A stretch of 64,000 nucleotides of DNA from Rhizobium sp. Q54 (GCA_943360385.1 CALRIM020000001.1:274-64273), one strand, 5' to 3'; positions 18,699-31,832 are shown, numbered from the stretch's first letter. Numbers and translations are program-made. Notes: generated from the letters alone by a model not told the origin.

Positions 18699-21600
18699 TA
18701 GTCTTCTTTCGAAGCTAACAATGCTTCGTATTCTTCTTTCGATCCTACGATTAATTTGTCGAAGCTACGTGCTCCAGTTCCTGAAGGAATTAAATGTCCA
18801 ACGATAACGTTTTCTTTCAATCCACTCAATTTATCAATCTTACCATTAATTGCTGCTTCGTTTAATACTTTAGTAGTTTCTTGGAAAGAAGCTGCTGAGA
18901 TAAACGATTTAGTTCCTAATGATGCACGAGTGATACCTTGTAATAAAGGACTAGAAGTAGCTGCAATAGCATCACGTGCTTCTGCTTGTTTCTGATCTTT
19001 ACGTTTCAAGATTGAGTTCTCATCGCGTAATTTACGTACACTGATAATTTGTCCAGCTTTCAAGTTTGCAGAATCTCCTGGATCAACAACAACTTTCTTG
19101 TCGTATATCCAAATATTCTCATTCATGAATTCGAACTTATCAGCAGACTCTTGCTCTAAGAACTTAGTATCTCCTGGATCTTCAATAATTACTTTTTGCA
19201 TCATCTGACGCACAATTACTTCGAAATGTTTGTCGTTGATTTTTACCCCTTGTAAACGGTAAACCTCTTGAACTCCATTTACTAAGTATTCTTGTACAGC
19301 CGAAGGACCTTTAATAGATAAGATATCTGAAGGTGTAATAGAACCATCAGACAATGGCATACCTGCTTTAATAAAGTCGTTATCTTGTACTAAGATGTGT
19401 TTAGACAATGGTACTAAGTATTTCTTAGTGTTACCTTCTTTAGGTTCGATGATGATTTCGCGGTTACCACGTTTCACACCACCTAAAGTTACTACACCGT
19501 CGATTTCTGTTACTACTGCAGGGTTTGAAGGATTACGCGCTTCGAATAATTCCGTTACACGTGGTAAACCACCGGTAATATCTCGTGTTTTTCCTGTTGA
19601 ACGAGGAATCTTAACGATAACTTGACCAGCAATTACTTTATCACCTTTATCTACTGCAATGTGTGCACCTACTGGAATGTTGTAAGATTTAATAACGTCT
19701 TTCTTATCCAAGATTTTAATCGAAGGGTTCTTCGTTTTATCTCTCGAATCGATAATTACTTTTTCTTTGTGACCAGTTTGCTCATCCGATTCTTCACGGA
19801 AAGTAATACCTTCCTCGATGAATTCGAATTCTACTTTACCGTCGAACTCAGAAATAATTACCGCGTTATATGGATCCCATCCGCAGATAGTATCACCCTT
19901 AACAACTTTTTGTCCGTCTTTAATATAAAGATGAGCTCCGTAAGGGATGTTGTTCGTCATAATAATACGTCCAGTTTTCTCATCCACAATTCTAAACTCA
20001 CCCGAACGACCTAATACTACGTCAACATTTCCATCGTCTGTTTTATGAACAACCGTACGGATACCTTCTAACTCAATTCTACCTTCGAATTTCGCGATGA
20101 TAGTAGATTCTGCTGCAATGTTCGAAGCAGTACCACCCACGTGGAATGTACGAAGTGTTAACTGAGTACCTGGCTCACCAATTGACTGCGCTGCGATAAC
20201 ACCAACTGCTTCACCAATTTGAACCATACGTCCAGATGCTAAGTTTCTACCATAGCATTTTGCACATACACCTTTTTTAGCTTCACAAGTTAATACCGAG
20301 CGAATTTCAACTGCATCAACTGCAGAAGTTTCAATTACTTTACCAATCTCTTCTGTAATTTGTTCTCCTGTTCCAACTAATAATTCGTTAGTAATAGGAT
20401 CGTAAACATCATGTACAGATACTCGTCCAAGGATACGATCATATAATGGCTCAACAATTTCCTCATTGTCTTTCAACGCTGAAGTTAAGATACCACGTAA
20501 TGTTCCGCAATCCTCTGTATGAATAATCATATCTTGAGCAACGTCTACCAAACGACGAGTTAAGTAACCCGCATCGGCAGTTTTTAATGCTGTATCGGCC
20601 AAACCTTTACGAGCACCGTGAGTAGAGATGAAATATTCTAATACTGATAGACCTTCTTTAAAGTTTGATAAAATCGGGTTCTCGATGATCTCTCCTCCTG
20701 AACCAGATTTTTGTGGTTTCGCCATCAATCCCCTCATTCCACATAACTGACGAATTTGTTCTTTCGAACCACGCGCTCCAGAATCCAACATCATGTAAAC
20801 TGAGTTGAACCCTTGGTTGTCTGTCGCTAATTGCTTCATCACGTTTTCTGTTAAACGTGAATTGATACGCGTCCAGATATCGATGATTTGGTTGTAACGT
20901 TCGTTGTTTGTAATGAAACCCATGTTATAGTTACTCATTACTTCTTCTACTTCACCAGTTGCGTGAGCAATTAATGAAACTTTCTCTGCAGGGATTGTTA
21001 AATCTTGCAAGTTGAATGAAAGTCCACCTTTAAATGCCATGTGGAAACCTAATTCCTTAATAGCATCCAAGAAGCGAGCAGCACGATCCATACCCGTTAC
21101 TTTTACGATATCACCAATGATATCACGTAACGATTTTTTCGTTAACAACTCATTGATATAACCCATCTCAATTGGAACTACTTGGTTGAATAATACTCTA
21201 CCTGTTGTAGTTTCAATAATTCTGATTACATCTTCACCGTTTTCTTTTGTTCTAGTTTTTACTTTAATGAATGCATGTAAATCTAATTCACCTTCGTTTA
21301 AAGCAATAACAACTTCTTCTGGAGAATAGAACACTCTATCTTCACCTTTAACAATATGTCCTGGCTCAGTTCTACGACCTTTAGTCATGTAGTAAAGACC
21401 CAACACCATGTCTTGAGAAGGTACTGTAATAGGTGTACCGTTCGCAGGGTTCAAGATATTGTGAGATGCAAGCATTAACATTTGAGCTTCCAAAACTGCA
21501 GCATTACCAAGAGGTACGTGAACTGCCATCTGGTCACCGTCGAAATCGGCGTTGAACGCTGTACACACTAATGGGTGTAATTGTATCGCCTTACCTTCGA

Positions 21601-22966
21601 TTAATTTTGGTTGAAAAGCCTGGATACCTAATCTGTGCAAAGTAGGAGCACGGTTTAATAATACAGGGTGACCTTTCAATACGTTTTCCAAAATATCCCA
21701 AACAATAGGATCTTTACGGTCAACAATTTTCTTAGCCGACTTTACTGTTTTCACCACACCTCTTTCGATCATTTTACGAATGATAAATGGTTTGAACAAT
21801 TCAGCAGCCATATCTTTTGGTAAACCACATTCGTGTAATTTCAATGTTGGACCAACAACAATTACCGAACGAGCAGAATAATCCACACGTTTACCTAATA
21901 AGTTCTGACGGAAACGACCTTGTTTACCTTTCAAAATATCTGAAAGAGATTTCAACGCACGGTTACCTTCTGTTTTCACAGCGTTCACTTTACGAGAGTT
22001 GTCGAATAACGAATCGACAGCTTCTTGTAACATACGTTTTTCGTTACGCAAGATTACTTCAGGAGCTTTAATTTCAATCAATCGTTTTAAACGATTGTTA
22101 CGAATAATTACACGACGGTATAAGTCGTTCAAATCTGAAGTTGCGAAACGACCACCTTCCAAAGGAACTAATGGACGTAACTCAGGCGGAATAACGGGAA
22201 CGATTTTTACAATCATCCATTCCGGACGGTTTTCGATGTGTTTGTTTGCATCACGGAAACCTTCTACAACTTGCAAGCGTTTTAACGCTTCGTTTTTACG
22301 TTGTTGAGAAGTTTCAGTATTTGCTTTATGTCTTAATTCAAACGATAACTCATCTAAGTTGATACGAGAAAGCAAATCTTCTAATGCTTCTGCACCCATC
22401 TTCGCGATGAATTTATTTGGATCTTTATCGTCTAAGTATTGGTTTTCTTTTGGAAGTGTATCTAAAATATCTAGGTATTCTTCTTCAGTTAAGAAATCCA
22501 TTTTGTTGATACCATCAGCTTCTTTAATACCTGCTTGGATAACCACGTAACGTTCGTAGTAAATAATTAAATCTAAACGTTTTGTTGGCAAGCCTAATAA
22601 GTATCCAATTTTATTTGGTAACGAACGGAAGTACCAGATATGAGCAACCGGAACAACAAGGGCAATGTGACCCATGCGCTCACGACGAACTTTTTTCTCT
22701 GTTACCTCTACCCCACAACGATCACAAACAATGCCTTTGTAGCGAATACGTTTGTATTTACCGCAATGACATTCGTAATCTTTTACAGGACCGAAAATAC
22801 GCTCACAGAATAAACCGTCGCGCTCCGGTTTGTATGTACGATAGTTGATCGTTTCTGGTTTAAGAACCTCACCACTTGAACGCTCTAAGATCGACTCTGG
22901 AGAAGCCAAACTAATAGTGATCTGAGTGAAATTACTTTTGATCTTATTATCTTTTTTGTATGACAT
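18698..22966 (-). CDS. rpoC: DNA-directed RNA polymerase subunit beta'
   Basis: About 1420 aa with NADFDGDQM catalytic motif and zinc-binding CHCGKY..C..CGVEV. The track start is TTG 22972; the ATG at 22966 ([13 protein letters not shown]) is preferred. Confidence 0.98.
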   Translation of the reverse strand: MSYKKDNKIKSNFTQITISLASPESILERSSGEVLKPETINYRTYKPERDGLFCERIFGPVKDYECHCGKYKRIRYKGIVCDRCGVEVTEKKVRRERMGHIALVVPVAHIWYFRSLPNKIGYLLGLPTKRLDLIIYYERYVVIQAGIKEADGINKMDFLTEEEYLDILDTLPKENQYLDDKDPNKFIAKMGAEALEDLLSRINLDELSFELRHKANTETSQQRKNEALKRLQVVEGFRDANKHIENRPEWMIVKIVPVIPPELRPLVPLEGGRFATSDLNDLYRRVIIRNNRLKRLIEIKAPEVILRNEKRMLQEAVDSLFDNSRKVNAVKTEGNRALKSLSDILKGKQGRFRQNLLGKRVDYSARSVIVVGPTLKLHECGLPKDMAAELFKPFIIRKMIERGVVKTVKSAKKIVDRKDPIVWDILENVLKGHPVLLNRAPTLHRLGIQAFQPKLIEGKAIQLHPLVCTAFNADFDGDQMAVHVPLGNAAVLEAQMLMLASHNILNPANGTPITVPSQDMVLGLYYMTKGRRTEPGHIVKGEDRVFYSPEEVVIALNEGELDLHAFIKVKTRTKENGEDVIRIIETTTGRVLFNQVVPIEMGYINELLTKKSLRDIIGDIVKVTGMDRAARFLDAIKELGFHMAFKGGLSFNLQDLTIPAEKVSLIAHATGEVEEVMSNYNMGFITNNERYNQIIDIWTRINSRLTENVMKQLATDNQGFNSVYMMLDSGARGSKEQIRQLCGMRGLMAKPQKSGSGGEIIENPILSNFKEGLSVLEYFISTHGARKGLADTALKTADAGYLTRRLVDVAQDMIIHTEDCGTLRGILTSALKDNEEIVEPLYDRILGRVSVHDVYDPITNELLVGTGEQITEEIGKVIETSAVDAVEIRSVLTCEAKKGVCAKCYGRNLASGRMVQIGEAVGVIAAQSIGEPGTQLTLRTFHVGGTASNIAAESTIIAKFEGRIELEGIRTVVHKTDDGNVDVVLGRSGEFRIVDEKTGRIIMTNNIPYGAHLYIKDGQKVVKGDTICGWDPYNAVIISEFDGKVEFEFIEEGITFREESDEQTGHKEKVIIDSRDKTKNPSIKILDKKDVIKSYNIPVGAHIAVDKGDKVIAGQVIVKIPRSTGKTRDITGGLPRVTELFEARNPSNPAVVTEIDGVVTLGGVKRGNREIIIEPKEGNTKKYLVPLSKHILVQDNDFIKAGMPLSDGSITPSDILSIKGPSAVQEYLVNGVQEVYRLQGVKINDKHFEVIVRQMMQKVIIEDPGDTKFLEQESADKFEFMNENIWIYDKKVVVDPGDSANLKAGQIISVRKLRDENSILKRKDQKQAEARDAIAATSSPLLQGITRASLGTKSFISAASFQETTKVLNEAAINGKIDKLSGLKENVIVGHLIPSGTGARSFDKLIVGSKEEYEALLASKED

Positions 22967-22988
22967 ATTCAAATTTTTAATAGTTACT

Positions 22989-23047
22989 AGAATTGAGATA
23001 TGAGAATTGAGAAACTTTCTAAGATCTCAATTCTCAATTCTCAAAAC
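22989..23047. repeat. Inverted CTCAATT-family repeats forming a hairpin in the rpoB-rpoC spacer
   Basis: gagaattgaga (left) and tctcaattctc (right) are a perfect 11-bp complement with a 12-nt loop. More degenerate 7-nt units lie on both sides. Confidence 0.8.
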
Positions 23048-26000
23048 TATTCAAGTGTGATATCTAACCCTAAACCTCTTAATTCGTGAACCAATACGTT
23101 GAATGATTCTGGAACTCCTGGAGTTGGTAAGTTGTCACCTTTAACGATTGCTTCGTACGTTTTAGCTCTACCAATTACATCATCAGATTTCACTGTTAAG
23201 ATTTCTTGAAGGATGTTAGCTGCACCGAATGCTTCTAACGCCCACACTTCCATCTCACCGAAACGCTGACCCCCGAATTGTGCTTTACCGCCCAATGGTT
23301 GTTGTGTAATTAATGAGTAAGGTCCGATTGAACGTGCGTGCATCTTATCATCAACCATGTGACCAAGTTTCATCATGTAGATGATACCTACGGTTGTTGG
23401 TTGATCGAAACGATCGCCTGTTCCACCATCGTATAAATATGTTCTTCCTGATGCAGGAACGTTTGCTTTAGAAACCCACTCTTCTACTTCTTCGTGTGTA
23501 GCACCATCGAAAATAGGAGTAGCGAATTTAATGCCTAACTCTTTCCCTGCCCAGCCTAATACTGTTTCGTAAATTTGACCCAAGTTCATACGAGAAGGTA
23601 CACCTAGTGGATTCAATACGATATCTACTGGAGTTCCATCACTTAAGAACGGCATGTCTTCATCGCGAACGATTCTAGCAACAATACCTTTGTTACCATG
23701 TCGACCTGCCATCTTATCACCCACTTTCAACTTACGTTTCTTAGCAACATATACTTTCGCCATTTGTACAATTCCTGCAGGCAATTCATCACCTACACTA
23801 ATTGCAAATTTCTTACGACGGTATGCTCCTAATTCTTCGTTTAATTTAATGTTGAAGTTGTGGATCAATAATTTTATTTGATCATTTTTATCATCATCAG
23901 TAGTCCACTTCGTAGCATTGATGTTGTTATAATCTAACTCTAACAATACTTTTTGTGTGAACTTCACACCTTTTGCTACTAATAGCTCTTTGTAAACATT
24001 GTAAATACCTTGAGATGTTTTTCCGCTTACTAAAACGAATAATTTATCTACTAAAATATTTTTCAATGAATCAACATTTTTGTCGTGCTCTTTGTCAAGT
24101 TTATCAAGCATGATTTTCTCATCGCTCTTTTTCTCTTTTTTAGCACGGCTAAACAATTTGCTATCAATAACAACACCTTTAATAGAAGGAGGTGCTTTTA
24201 ACGATGCATCTTTCACATCACCTGCTTTATCACCAAAGATGGCACGTAATAATTTTTCTTCAGGTGAAGGATCTGTTTCTCCTTTTGGAGTGATCTTACC
24301 GATTAAAATATCGCCTTCTTTAATTTCAGCACCGATACGAATGATACCATTTTCATCTAAATCTTTCGTTGCTTCTTCACTAACGTTAGGAATATCAGAA
24401 GTTAATTCTTCTTCACCACGTTTAGTGTCGCGCACTTCTAATTCAAATTCTTCAATATGAAGAGATGTAAAAATATCTTCACGAACAACACGCTCTGAGA
24501 TTACGATCGCATCCTCAAAGTTATATCCTTGCCAAGGCATGAATGCTACTTTTAAGTTACGTCCAAGAGCAAGCTCTCCGTTTTCTGTTGCGTATCCTTC
24601 ACATAATACTTGTCCTTTAGAAACTTTCTGACCTTTTCTTACGATAGGTTTTAAGTTCATACAAGTATTTTGATTTGTTTTCTTAAACTTAATTAAGCTG
24701 TAAGATTTAGAGTCACCTTCAAAAGAAACTAAACGCTCATCATCCGTACGGTTGTAGCGAATAACAATTTCGTTAGCATCAACATATTCAACCACACCAT
24801 CACCTTCAGCATTAATTAATGCACGTGAATCTCTTGCCACACGACCTTCTAAGCCTGTACCTACAATTGGAGCTTCTGGCTTCAACAAAGGAACTGCTTG
24901 ACGTTGCATGTTCGATCCCATCAATGCACGGTTCGCATCATCATGTTCCAAGAAAGGAATTAATGAAGCTGCAATCGAAGTAATTTGATTTGGAGCAACG
25001 TCCATCAAATCGATTCTTTCTGGTTCAATTACCGGGAAGTCACCTTCGAAACGTGATTTAACTTTAGCTGTTAAGAAATTTCCTTTTTCATCAAATTGAG
25101 CATTCGATTGAGCGATGGTTTTTCCATCTTCATCTTCTGCTGATAAATAAATTACAGGTTTGTTAACTGCAACTTTACCATTATCTACAATTCTATAAGG
25201 AGTTTCAATGAAACCTAAGTTGTTAATTTTTGCGTGAACACATAGAGAAGAAATCAAACCGATGTTTGGTCCCTCTGGTGTTTCAATGGTACATAAACGA
25301 CCGTAGTGAGTATAGTGAACGTCACGAACCTCGAAACCAGCACGCTCTCTTGAAAGACCACCAGGGCCAAGGGCAGATAAACGACGCTTGTGCGTGATCT
25401 CCGCTAATGGGTTAGTTTGGTCCATGAATTGCGACAATTGATTTGTTCCGAAGAACGAATTAATTACCGACGATAGAGTACGCGCATTAATTAAGTCGGT
25501 TGGTGTGAACACCTCGTTATCACGAATGTTCATACGTTCACGAATGGTACGAGCCATACGAGCTAAACCTACTCCGAATTGAGCATACAATTGTTCACCA
25601 ACTGTACGAACACGACGGTTAGACAAGTGATCAATATCATCCACTTCCGCTTTAGAGTTGATCAACTTGATTAAGTATTTAACGATAGCAATGATGTCGT
25701 TTTTCGTTAATACTTTTACCTCGTTAGGAGTATCCATATTCAATTTACGGTTGATGCGGTAACGACCAACATCACCTAAATCGTAACGTTTATCAGAGAA
25801 GAACAAACGTTCGATGATACCACGAGCTGTTTCTTCGTCAGGTGGATCTGCATTACGTAATTGACGATAGATGTATTCTACCGCTTCTTTCTCCGAGTTC
25901 GAAGTATCTTTTTGTAAAGTATTGTAGATGATCGAGTAATCGGCAGTGTTTGTATCTTCTTTTGTTAAGATGATTGTTTTTACACCCGCTTCGATAATCA

Positions 26001-26835
26001 TATCGATATGATCATCTTCTAAAATAGTTTCACGTTCTAAGATGATTTCATTACGGTTAATAGAAACTACTTCACCGGTATCTTCATCCACGAAATCTTC
26101 CACCCATTTTTTCAATACCCTTGCAGCCAATTTACGGCCAACAAATTTTTTCAATCCAGATTTGCTCACTTTCACTTCATCAGCTAAGTCGAACAACTCA
26201 AGGATATCTTTATCTGAATCGTAACCAATTGCACGAAGCAACGTAGTTACAGGGAATTTCTTTTTACGATCGATGTAAGCGAACATGACGTTGTTTACAT
26301 CTGTTGCAAATTCAATCCATGAACCTTTGAAAGGAATCACACGAGCCGAGTACAATTTAGTACCGTTAGTGTGACGACTTTGACCAAAGAATACACCAGG
26401 AGAACGGTGTAATTGCGAAACGATTACTCGTTCTGCACCGTTAATTACGAATGTACCTTTTGGCGTCATGTAAGGAATTGTTCCCAAATAAACATCTTGA
26501 ACAATCGTTTCGAAATCTTCGTGTTCAGCATCATTACATGATAAACGTAATTTAGCTTTCAAAGGAACGCTATACGTTAAACCACGTTCGATACATTCTT
26601 GAAGATCATAACGAGGAGGGTCGATAAAATAATCGAGAAACTCCAATACGAAAATGTTCCGAGAGTCGGTGATTGGGAAATTCTCACTGAATACTTTAAA
26701 TAAGCCTTCAGTGTGACGGTTGTCGGAAGTAGTTTCTAGTTGAAAAAACTCCCTAAAAGATTCTAACTGTACATCTAAAAAGTCTGGATAATCCAGCGCT
26801 TGTTTTACGGATGCAAAATTAACTCTTTCTTGCAT
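23047..26835 (-). CDS. rpoB: DNA-directed RNA polymerase subunit beta
   Basis: Conserved throughout. The start was moved to ATG 26835 ([27 protein letters not shown]), the conserved N-terminus. The track's 27-aa extension overlaps the attenuator hairpin region. Confidence 0.97.
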   Translation of the reverse strand: MQERVNFASVKQALDYPDFLDVQLESFREFFQLETTSDNRHTEGLFKVFSENFPITDSRNIFVLEFLDYFIDPPRYDLQECIERGLTYSVPLKAKLRLSCNDAEHEDFETIVQDVYLGTIPYMTPKGTFVINGAERVIVSQLHRSPGVFFGQSRHTNGTKLYSARVIPFKGSWIEFATDVNNVMFAYIDRKKKFPVTTLLRAIGYDSDKDILELFDLADEVKVSKSGLKKFVGRKLAARVLKKWVEDFVDEDTGEVVSINRNEIILERETILEDDHIDMIIEAGVKTIILTKEDTNTADYSIIYNTLQKDTSNSEKEAVEYIYRQLRNADPPDEETARGIIERLFFSDKRYDLGDVGRYRINRKLNMDTPNEVKVLTKNDIIAIVKYLIKLINSKAEVDDIDHLSNRRVRTVGEQLYAQFGVGLARMARTIRERMNIRDNEVFTPTDLINARTLSSVINSFFGTNQLSQFMDQTNPLAEITHKRRLSALGPGGLSRERAGFEVRDVHYTHYGRLCTIETPEGPNIGLISSLCVHAKINNLGFIETPYRIVDNGKVAVNKPVIYLSAEDEDGKTIAQSNAQFDEKGNFLTAKVKSRFEGDFPVIEPERIDLMDVAPNQITSIAASLIPFLEHDDANRALMGSNMQRQAVPLLKPEAPIVGTGLEGRVARDSRALINAEGDGVVEYVDANEIVIRYNRTDDERLVSFEGDSKSYSLIKFKKTNQNTCMNLKPIVRKGQKVSKGQVLCEGYATENGELALGRNLKVAFMPWQGYNFEDAIVISERVVREDIFTSLHIEEFELEVRDTKRGEEELTSDIPNVSEEATKDLDENGIIRIGAEIKEGDILIGKITPKGETDPSPEEKLLRAIFGDKAGDVKDASLKAPPSIKGVVIDSKLFSRAKKEKKSDEKIMLDKLDKEHDKNVDSLKNILVDKLFVLVSGKTSQGIYNVYKELLVAKGVKFTQKVLLELDYNNINATKWTTDDDKNDQIKLLIHNFNIKLNEELGAYRRKKFAISVGDELPAGIVQMAKVYVAKKRKLKVGDKMAGRHGNKGIVARIVRDEDMPFLSDGTPVDIVLNPLGVPSRMNLGQIYETVLGWAGKELGIKFATPIFDGATHEEVEEWVSKANVPASGRTYLYDGGTGDRFDQPTTVGIIYMMKLGHMVDDKMHARSIGPYSLITQQPLGGKAQFGGQRFGEMEVWALEAFGAANILQEILTVKSDDVIGRAKTYEAIVKGDNLPTPGVPESFNVLVHELRGLGLDITLE

Positions 26836-26920
26836 TTGAATATCTTTCTTTGCCAATGCTATAAAGATTTGAATGTGTAAAGTGTGAAACATATAGGGAT
26901 GTTTCGGTCCCATCAAATAT

Positions 26921-26966
26921 AAAAAACAGGAATAGACCCTCCCAAAATTGGGAGAGTCTTCCTATT
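26921..26966 (-). terminator. Terminator/attenuator-like hairpin between rplL and rpoB
   Basis: Minus strand reads aggaagactctccc-aatttt-gggagggtctattcct followed by gtttttt. The position is analogous to the classical rplL-rpoB attenuator. Confidence 0.6.
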
Positions 26967-26986
26967 AAAATGCTATTGGTAGGAGA

Positions 26987-27364
26987 TTACTTGATCTCAA
27001 CTACAGCTCCAGCTTCTTCTAGTTGTTTTTTCAAAGCTTCAGCTTCGTCTTTAGTAACACCAGTTTTTACTTCTTTTGGTGCACCATCAACTAAATCTTT
27101 AGCTTCTTTCAAACCTAGACCAGTAAGGTCTTTCACTAATTTTACGATAGCCAATTTCTGACCACCAGCTTCTTTCAAGATTACATCGAATGCAGTTTTT
27201 TCTTCTGCAGCCTCAGTAGCACCAGCACCACCACCAGCAACCATTACAGGTGCAGCAGCAGCAGGTTCGATACCGTATTCATCCTTTAGAATTTGAGCAA
27301 GCTCGTTAACTTCTTTTACTGTTAAGTTTACTAGTTGTTCAGCAAACGCTTTTAAATCTGCCAT
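26987..27364 (-). CDS. rplL: 50S ribosomal protein L7/L12
   Basis: 125 aa with Ala/Gly hinge and C-terminal [24 protein letters not shown]. Confidence 0.97.
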   Translation of the reverse strand: MADLKAFAEQLVNLTVKEVNELAQILKDEYGIEPAAAAPVMVAGGGAGATEAAEEKTAFDVILKEAGGQKLAIVKLVKDLTGLGLKEAKDLVDGAPKEVKTGVTKDEAEALKKQLEEAGAVVEIK

Positions 27365-27399
27365 TTTTATAGAAATTTAAATGTTTAAAATTTAATTAA

Positions 27400-27921
27400 T
27401 TAATTTCCTCTTTCTTCAAGAGTTTTCAATATTCCTGCTAATTTATTGCCGCCTGATTTCAAGCCGCTAATAACATTTTTAGCTGGTGATTGTAACAATG
27501 CGATAATATCGCCAATAAGTTCTTCTTTCGATTTAAGTTGAATAAGTGCGTCTAACTGATTATCCCCGATGAAGATTGCCGAGTCGATGTATGCTGCTTT
27601 CAAAGCTGGTTTATCACCATTTTTACGAACCTCTTTAATAAGTTTCGCTGGTGCATTTCCCACTTCTGAGAACATAATCGCCGAAGTTCCCTTCAACGTT
27701 TCGAATAATTCAGAATAGTCGTTACCAGTAGCTTCCATTGCCTTGCGGATCAATGTGTTTTTTGCTACTTGCATGGTAATTCCTTTTTCAAAACATTTTC
27801 TACGAATCACATTTACCTGAGCAACAGTTAAGTTGGAAGTATCAGCAATGTAGAAATTATTATGAGCCGTCAACTTCTCTTTTAAATCGAGAACGATTTC
27901 GTGTTTTTCTTCTTTTTTCAT
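27400..27921 (-). CDS. rplJ: 50S ribosomal protein L10
   Basis: Start trimmed to ATG 27921 (MKKEEKHEIV), which avoids overlap with rplA. Position between rplA and rplL. Confidence 0.92.
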   Translation of the reverse strand: MKKEEKHEIVLDLKEKLTAHNNFYIADTSNLTVAQVNVIRRKCFEKGITMQVAKNTLIRKAMEATGNDYSELFETLKGTSAIMFSEVGNAPAKLIKEVRKNGDKPALKAAYIDSAIFIGDNQLDALIQLKSKEELIGDIIALLQSPAKNVISGLKSGGNKLAGILKTLEERGN

Positions 27922-27934
27922 AAGATTCTCATAA

Positions 27935-28633
27935 TTAAATTCCCGATACTGATTTGGTTTCCACCTCAATGCCTGGGCTCATGGTACTTGACATGTGAAT
28001 GCTCTTAAAGTAAGTACCTTTAGCTGAAGAAGGTTTTAATTTTGAAATCACTTGTAATAATTCAAGTGCGTTCTCATAAATTTTCTCCGAACCGAAAGAT
28101 GCTTTACCTACAGATGCATGCACGATACCAGTTTTGTCAACTTTAAAATCGATTTTACCACCTTTTACGTCTGTAACAGCTTTACCTACTTCCATCGTCA
28201 CAGTTCCTGACTTTGGATTCGGCATAAGGTTTCTTGGTCCTAATACTTTACCAAGTTTACCTACTTTAGCCATACAGCTCGGTGTAGTAATAACGATATC
28301 GAAATCAACCCAACCTTGTTCAATCTTTGCTATGTAATCGTCCAATCCTACGAAATCTGCTTCTGCCGCTTTAGCTTCTGCCTCCTTGTCTGGAGTACAT
28401 AATACTAATACGCGAACAGTTTTACCAGTTCCGTGAGGTAGTACAGCTACACCTCTTACCATTTGGTTTGCTTTACGAGGATCAACCCCTAAGCGAATGT
28501 CCAAATCTACTGAAGCATCGAATTTAGTAGTTGAAATTTCTTTCACTAATTTCGCTGCCTCATCCAAGGTATAAGCTTTACCAATTTCAATTTTGGACAA
28601 TGACTTCTTTTGATTTTTCGTTAGTCTAGCCAC
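27935..28633 (-). CDS. rplA: 50S ribosomal protein L1
   Basis: 232 aa with [22 protein letters not shown]-type motif and conserved operon position. Confidence 0.96.
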   Translation of the reverse strand: MARLTKNQKKSLSKIEIGKAYTLDEAAKLVKEISTTKFDASVDLDIRLGVDPRKANQMVRGVAVLPHGTGKTVRVLVLCTPDKEAEAKAAEADFVGLDDYIAKIEQGWVDFDIVITTPSCMAKVGKLGKVLGPRNLMPNPKSGTVTMEVGKAVTDVKGGKIDFKVDKTGIVHASVGKASFGSEKIYENALELLQVISKLKPSSAKGTYFKSIHMSSTMSPGIEVETKSVSGI

Positions 28634-28653
28634 GTTCTGTAATTTTTAATTGG

Positions 28654-29097
28654 TTAATTGTTCCATGGTGCACTACCGCTAACGGTAATACCCATACTTC
28701 TTGCAGTTCCTGCTACCATTTTCATTGCCGATTCAATTGTGAACGAATTTAAGTCCGTCATTTTTTCTTCTGCGATGGTCTTAACTTGCTCCCACGTAAC
28801 TGAGGCAACTTTTTTACGGTTAGGTTCTGCTGATCCACCCTTGAGTTTGGTTGCTTCCAATAACTGTATAGCTACTGGAGGCGTTTTGATGATAAAGTCG
28901 AAAGATTTGTCGATATAAACAGTTATAACAACTGGAAGCACCTTTCCTGGTTTATCTTGAGTTCTAGCGTTAAATTGCTTACAGAACTCCATGATGTTAA
29001 CCCCTTTAGCACCCAAGGCAGGACCTACAGGAGGCGAGGGATTTGCCGCTCCGCCTTTGATCTGTAACTTAATAAGTGCGCCTACTTCTTTAGCCAT
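28654..29097 (-). CDS. rplK: 50S ribosomal protein L11
   Basis: 147 aa containing [20 protein letters not shown]. Confidence 0.97.
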   Translation of the reverse strand: MAKEVGALIKLQIKGGAANPSPPVGPALGAKGVNIMEFCKQFNARTQDKPGKVLPVVITVYIDKSFDFIIKTPPVAIQLLEATKLKGGSAEPNRKKVASVTWEQVKTIAEEKMTDLNSFTIESAMKMVAGTARSMGITVSGSAPWNN

Positions 29098-29187
29098 GAT
29101 TATTTATTTATTTTTAGTATTGAGTTAATTGTACAAAGTGGAAGCTTTAATACTAGGTACTCTCTACCTCAAATGTTTTAATTCAAT

Positions 29188-29727
29188 TTATTCTTTTTCT
29201 ACTTGCATGTAGTTTAACTCTAATGGAGTTCTTCTACCGAAGATTTTTACCATTACTTTCAATTTCTTCTTCTCTTCGTTCACTTCTTCAATTACCCCAC
29301 TGAATCCATTGAAAGGACCATCCATTACTTTTACTGGCTCGCCAACATAATAACTTAAATTAGATGCAACACCGCTTTCCGACATTTCATCTACTTTACC
29401 TAATATTCTGTTTACTTCCGATTGACGTAATGGTACTGCTTGACCTGCTTCTCCTAAGAACCCGATTACACCAGTAATGTTTTTAATTACGTGCTCTAAC
29501 TCTCCATTTAATGAAGCTTCCATCAACACATATCCAGGAAGATAACTTCTCTCCTTTTGGATTTTCTTACCGTTACGTATTTGAAATACCTTCTCTGTAG
29601 GAATTAATATCTGTGGAACTAAATGATTAATGCCTAAGCGATTAATTTCAGCCTCCAAATATTGCTTCACTTTTTTCTCTTTCCCACTAATCGCTCTCAC
29701 TACGTACCACTTCAATTCTTCACTCAT
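29188..29727 (-). CDS. nusG: Transcription termination/antitermination factor NusG
   Basis: 179 aa with [17 protein letters not shown] domain and a KOW motif ([21 protein letters not shown]). Confidence 0.95.
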   Translation of the reverse strand: MSEELKWYVVRAISGKEKKVKQYLEAEINRLGINHLVPQILIPTEKVFQIRNGKKIQKERSYLPGYVLMEASLNGELEHVIKNITGVIGFLGEAGQAVPLRQSEVNRILGKVDEMSESGVASNLSYYVGEPVKVMDGPFNGFSGVIEEVNEEKKKLKVMVKIFGRRTPLELNYMQVEKE

Positions 29728-29751
29728 TGTTATTGCGTTGAATTAGGTTAA

Positions 29752-29940
29752 TTAAATATTGTAAAACAATTTCATAATCTGCCCAGAACCGAAATCCATA
29801 GCATAAACTACAACTGCAATAATCAACGCTGCGATCATTACAATCCAAGCACTGCTTTGTAATTCAGACCAAGTAGGCCATGTTACCTTATGCATTAACT
29901 CGTTGTACGACTCTTTTAAATATGTTACTAACCTATTCAT
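29752..29940 (-). CDS. secE: Preprotein translocase subunit SecE
   Basis: Start trimmed to ATG 29940 (MNRLVTYLKESYNELMHKVTWPTWSEL, one TM). The track's 5' extension runs into tRNA-Trp. Confidence 0.85.
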   Translation of the reverse strand: MNRLVTYLKESYNELMHKVTWPTWSELQSSAWIVMIAALIIAVVVYAMDFGSGQIMKLFYNI

Positions 29941-29966
29941 GGTTTCTAATCTAAATTTGAGTATTG

Positions 29967-30037
29967 CACGGGTGGAGAGATTCGAACTCCCATCAGCGGT
30001 TTTGGAGACCGACATTCTACCCTTGAACTACACCCGT
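29967..30037 (-). tRNA. tRNA-Trp (anticodon CCA)
   Basis: Hand-folded. Acceptor ACGGGTG/CACCCGT, anticodon loop CTCCAAA, T-arm GGGAGTTCGAATCTCTC. No encoded 3' CCA. Confidence 0.9.
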
Positions 30038-30080
30038 TCATAATATTTTTTAACTACTAGCTCCAGCTTTTCAGTTCCCT

Positions 30081-30172
30081 CGATACTTCGACATTTCGAA
30101 ACTTCGATATTAATCTCTGCTCCTATCCTCTTTTCGAATCTTCGTTAATTCGTTAATTCGAATCTTCGAATT
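30081..30172. repeat. 8-nt period TTCGnnnn tandem arrays
   Basis: acttcgac atttcgaa acttcgat, and ttcgaatc ttcgttaa ttcgttaa ttcgaatc ttcgaatt. Confidence 0.8.
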
Positions 30173-30195
30173 AGGTCCCTTTATTTGCGATAAAA

Positions 30196-30243
30196 CAGAA
30201 GTTGCCCCGAAGCCTCTTTTGGAGAGCATCTGGGCTACTTCTG
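30196..30243 (-). terminator. Possible stem-loop terminator downstream of tuf
   Basis: cagaagtTgccc / gggcTacttctg, 11 of 12 pairs. The loop is long (24 nt) and the T-run on the minus strand is short (4), so this call is weak. Confidence 0.35.
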
Positions 30244-30284
30244 TGAAAACTAGCTAAATTTTATTAAATGCTTTATTGTGTTAA

Positions 30285-31472
30285 TTACAACACAATTTCA
30301 GTTACCTGACCAGCACCAACTGTTCTACCACCCTCACGGATAGCGAAACGTAATCCTTTTTCCATTGCTATCGGGTTAATTAATTTAACATTGATAGTAA
30401 CGTTATCACCTGGCATAACCATTTCTACACCTTCTGCTAACGAGATTTCTCCTGTTACGTCTGTTGTACGGAAATAGAATTGTGGGCGATATTTGTTAAA
30501 GAATGGAGTATGACGGCCACCTTCTGCTTTAGATAATACGTAAACCTCTGCTTTGAATTCTAAGTGAGGAGTTACTGAACCTGGTTTGCAAATAACCATA
30601 CCACGACGGATATCAGTTTTTTCAACACCACGTAACAATAAACCTACGTTATCACCTGCTTCACCTCTATCTAATATTTTACGGAACATTTCTACCCCTG
30701 TAACTGTAGATTTCAAGTTTTCAGCACCCATACCTAAGATATCTACTGCGTCTCCTGAGTTAATAACACCTCTTTCAATACGACCTGTTGCTACTGTACC
30801 ACGACCTGTGATCGAGAATACGTCTTCAACTGGCATTAAGAAAGGTAACTCAGTCAAACGTGGTGGAATTGGAATGTTGTTATCAACAGCATCCATTAAT
30901 TCCATAATAATTTCAACCCATTTTGGATCTCCGTTCAAACCACCTAAAGCTGAACCTCTGATAACTGGGATTGTATCGCCAGGGAATTCGTAGAACGATA
31001 ATAATTCACGAATTTCCATCTCTACTAAGTCTAATAATTCTGGATCGTCAACCATATCCACTTTGTTCATGAATACAACTAATGCTGGTACACCTACTTG
31101 GCGTGCTAACAAGATGTGCTCACGAGTTTGTGGCATTGGTCCGTCTGTTGCAGCAACTACTAAAATTGCTCCGTCCATTTGTGCAGCACCTGTAACCATG
31201 TTTTTCACATAATCGGCGTGACCTGGACAGTCAACGTGTGCGTAGTGACGGTTAGCCGTCGAATACTCAACGTGAGCAGTGTTAATTGTAATACCTCTCT
31301 CTTTTTCTTCAGGAGCTGAATCGATCGAGTCAAATGAACGTGCTTCAGATAAACCTTTATCAGCTAATACTTTCGTAATAGCCGCTGTTAATGTAGTTTT
31401 ACCGTGGTCAACGTGACCGATAGTTCCAATATTTAAGTGTGGTTTACTTCGGTCAAATTTTTCTTTAGCCAT
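30285..31472 (-). CDS. tuf: Elongation factor Tu
   Basis: 395 aa with [18 protein letters not shown] and NKVD motifs. Confidence 0.99.
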   Translation of the reverse strand: MAKEKFDRSKPHLNIGTIGHVDHGKTTLTAAITKVLADKGLSEARSFDSIDSAPEEKERGITINTAHVEYSTANRHYAHVDCPGHADYVKNMVTGAAQMDGAILVVAATDGPMPQTREHILLARQVGVPALVVFMNKVDMVDDPELLDLVEMEIRELLSFYEFPGDTIPVIRGSALGGLNGDPKWVEIIMELMDAVDNNIPIPPRLTELPFLMPVEDVFSITGRGTVATGRIERGVINSGDAVDILGMGAENLKSTVTGVEMFRKILDRGEAGDNVGLLLRGVEKTDIRRGMVICKPGSVTPHLEFKAEVYVLSKAEGGRHTPFFNKYRPQFYFRTTDVTGEISLAEGVEMVMPGDNVTINVKLINPIAMEKGLRFAIREGGRTVGAGQVTEIVL

Positions 31473-31534
31473 GTTTTTACTTATTTATTGATTGATTTAT
31501 ATTTTGTTTATTATTAATACTTATTTACAATCAG

Positions 31535-31606
31535 AGCCAATGAGGGGAATTGAACCCCTGACCCCTTCCTTACCAAGGAAGTACTCTACCCCTGAGCTAC
31601 ATCGGC
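31535..31606 (-). tRNA. tRNA-Thr (anticodon GGT)
   Basis: Hand-folded. GCCGATGTAGCTCAGGGGTAGAGT..., anticodon loop TTGGTAA, T-arm GGGGTTCAATTCCCC. Confidence 0.9.
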
Positions 31607-31759
31607 TTAAACCAACGCACAAGCCCAAGACTTTCGCCCCGGGTTTCCCGAAATCAAATAATACTTCTCAATATTACTCTCTATTCGTTCGCCAGTTTTA
31701 TAATCTCTTTCCCACATTTCAACCTCTCTTTTATTAAATCTAGCTCAATCTTTTTAACG

Positions 31760-31832
31760 AGCGGGAGACGAGGCTCGAACCCGCGACCTACAGCTTGGAA
31801 GGCTGTCGCTCTACCAACTGAGCTACTCCCGC
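31760..31832 (-). tRNA. tRNA-Gly (anticodon TCC)
   Basis: GCGGGAGTAGCTCAGTTGGTAGAGC..., anticodon loop CTTCCAA, T-arm GCGGGTTCGAGCCTCGT. Confidence 0.9.

Noticed and set aside
18756-26224. Many 60-135-aa ORFs antisense to or overlapping rpoC and rpoB (similar ones occur in czcA, tuf, pheT, dnaN, gldA)
   Set aside because: They lie entirely inside strongly conserved genes on the opposite strand or in another frame. They have low-complexity Ser/Leu/Ile-rich composition typical of antisense frames in AT-rich DNA.
26836-26916. N-terminal extension of rpoB ([27 protein letters not shown]); similar extensions exist for rplJ (27922-27969), secE (29941-30015) and apt (35622-35666)
   Set aside because: The extensions are not conserved-looking. 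They overlap a terminator hairpin, the upstream gene or tRNA-Trp. Canonical N-termini start at internal ATGs.
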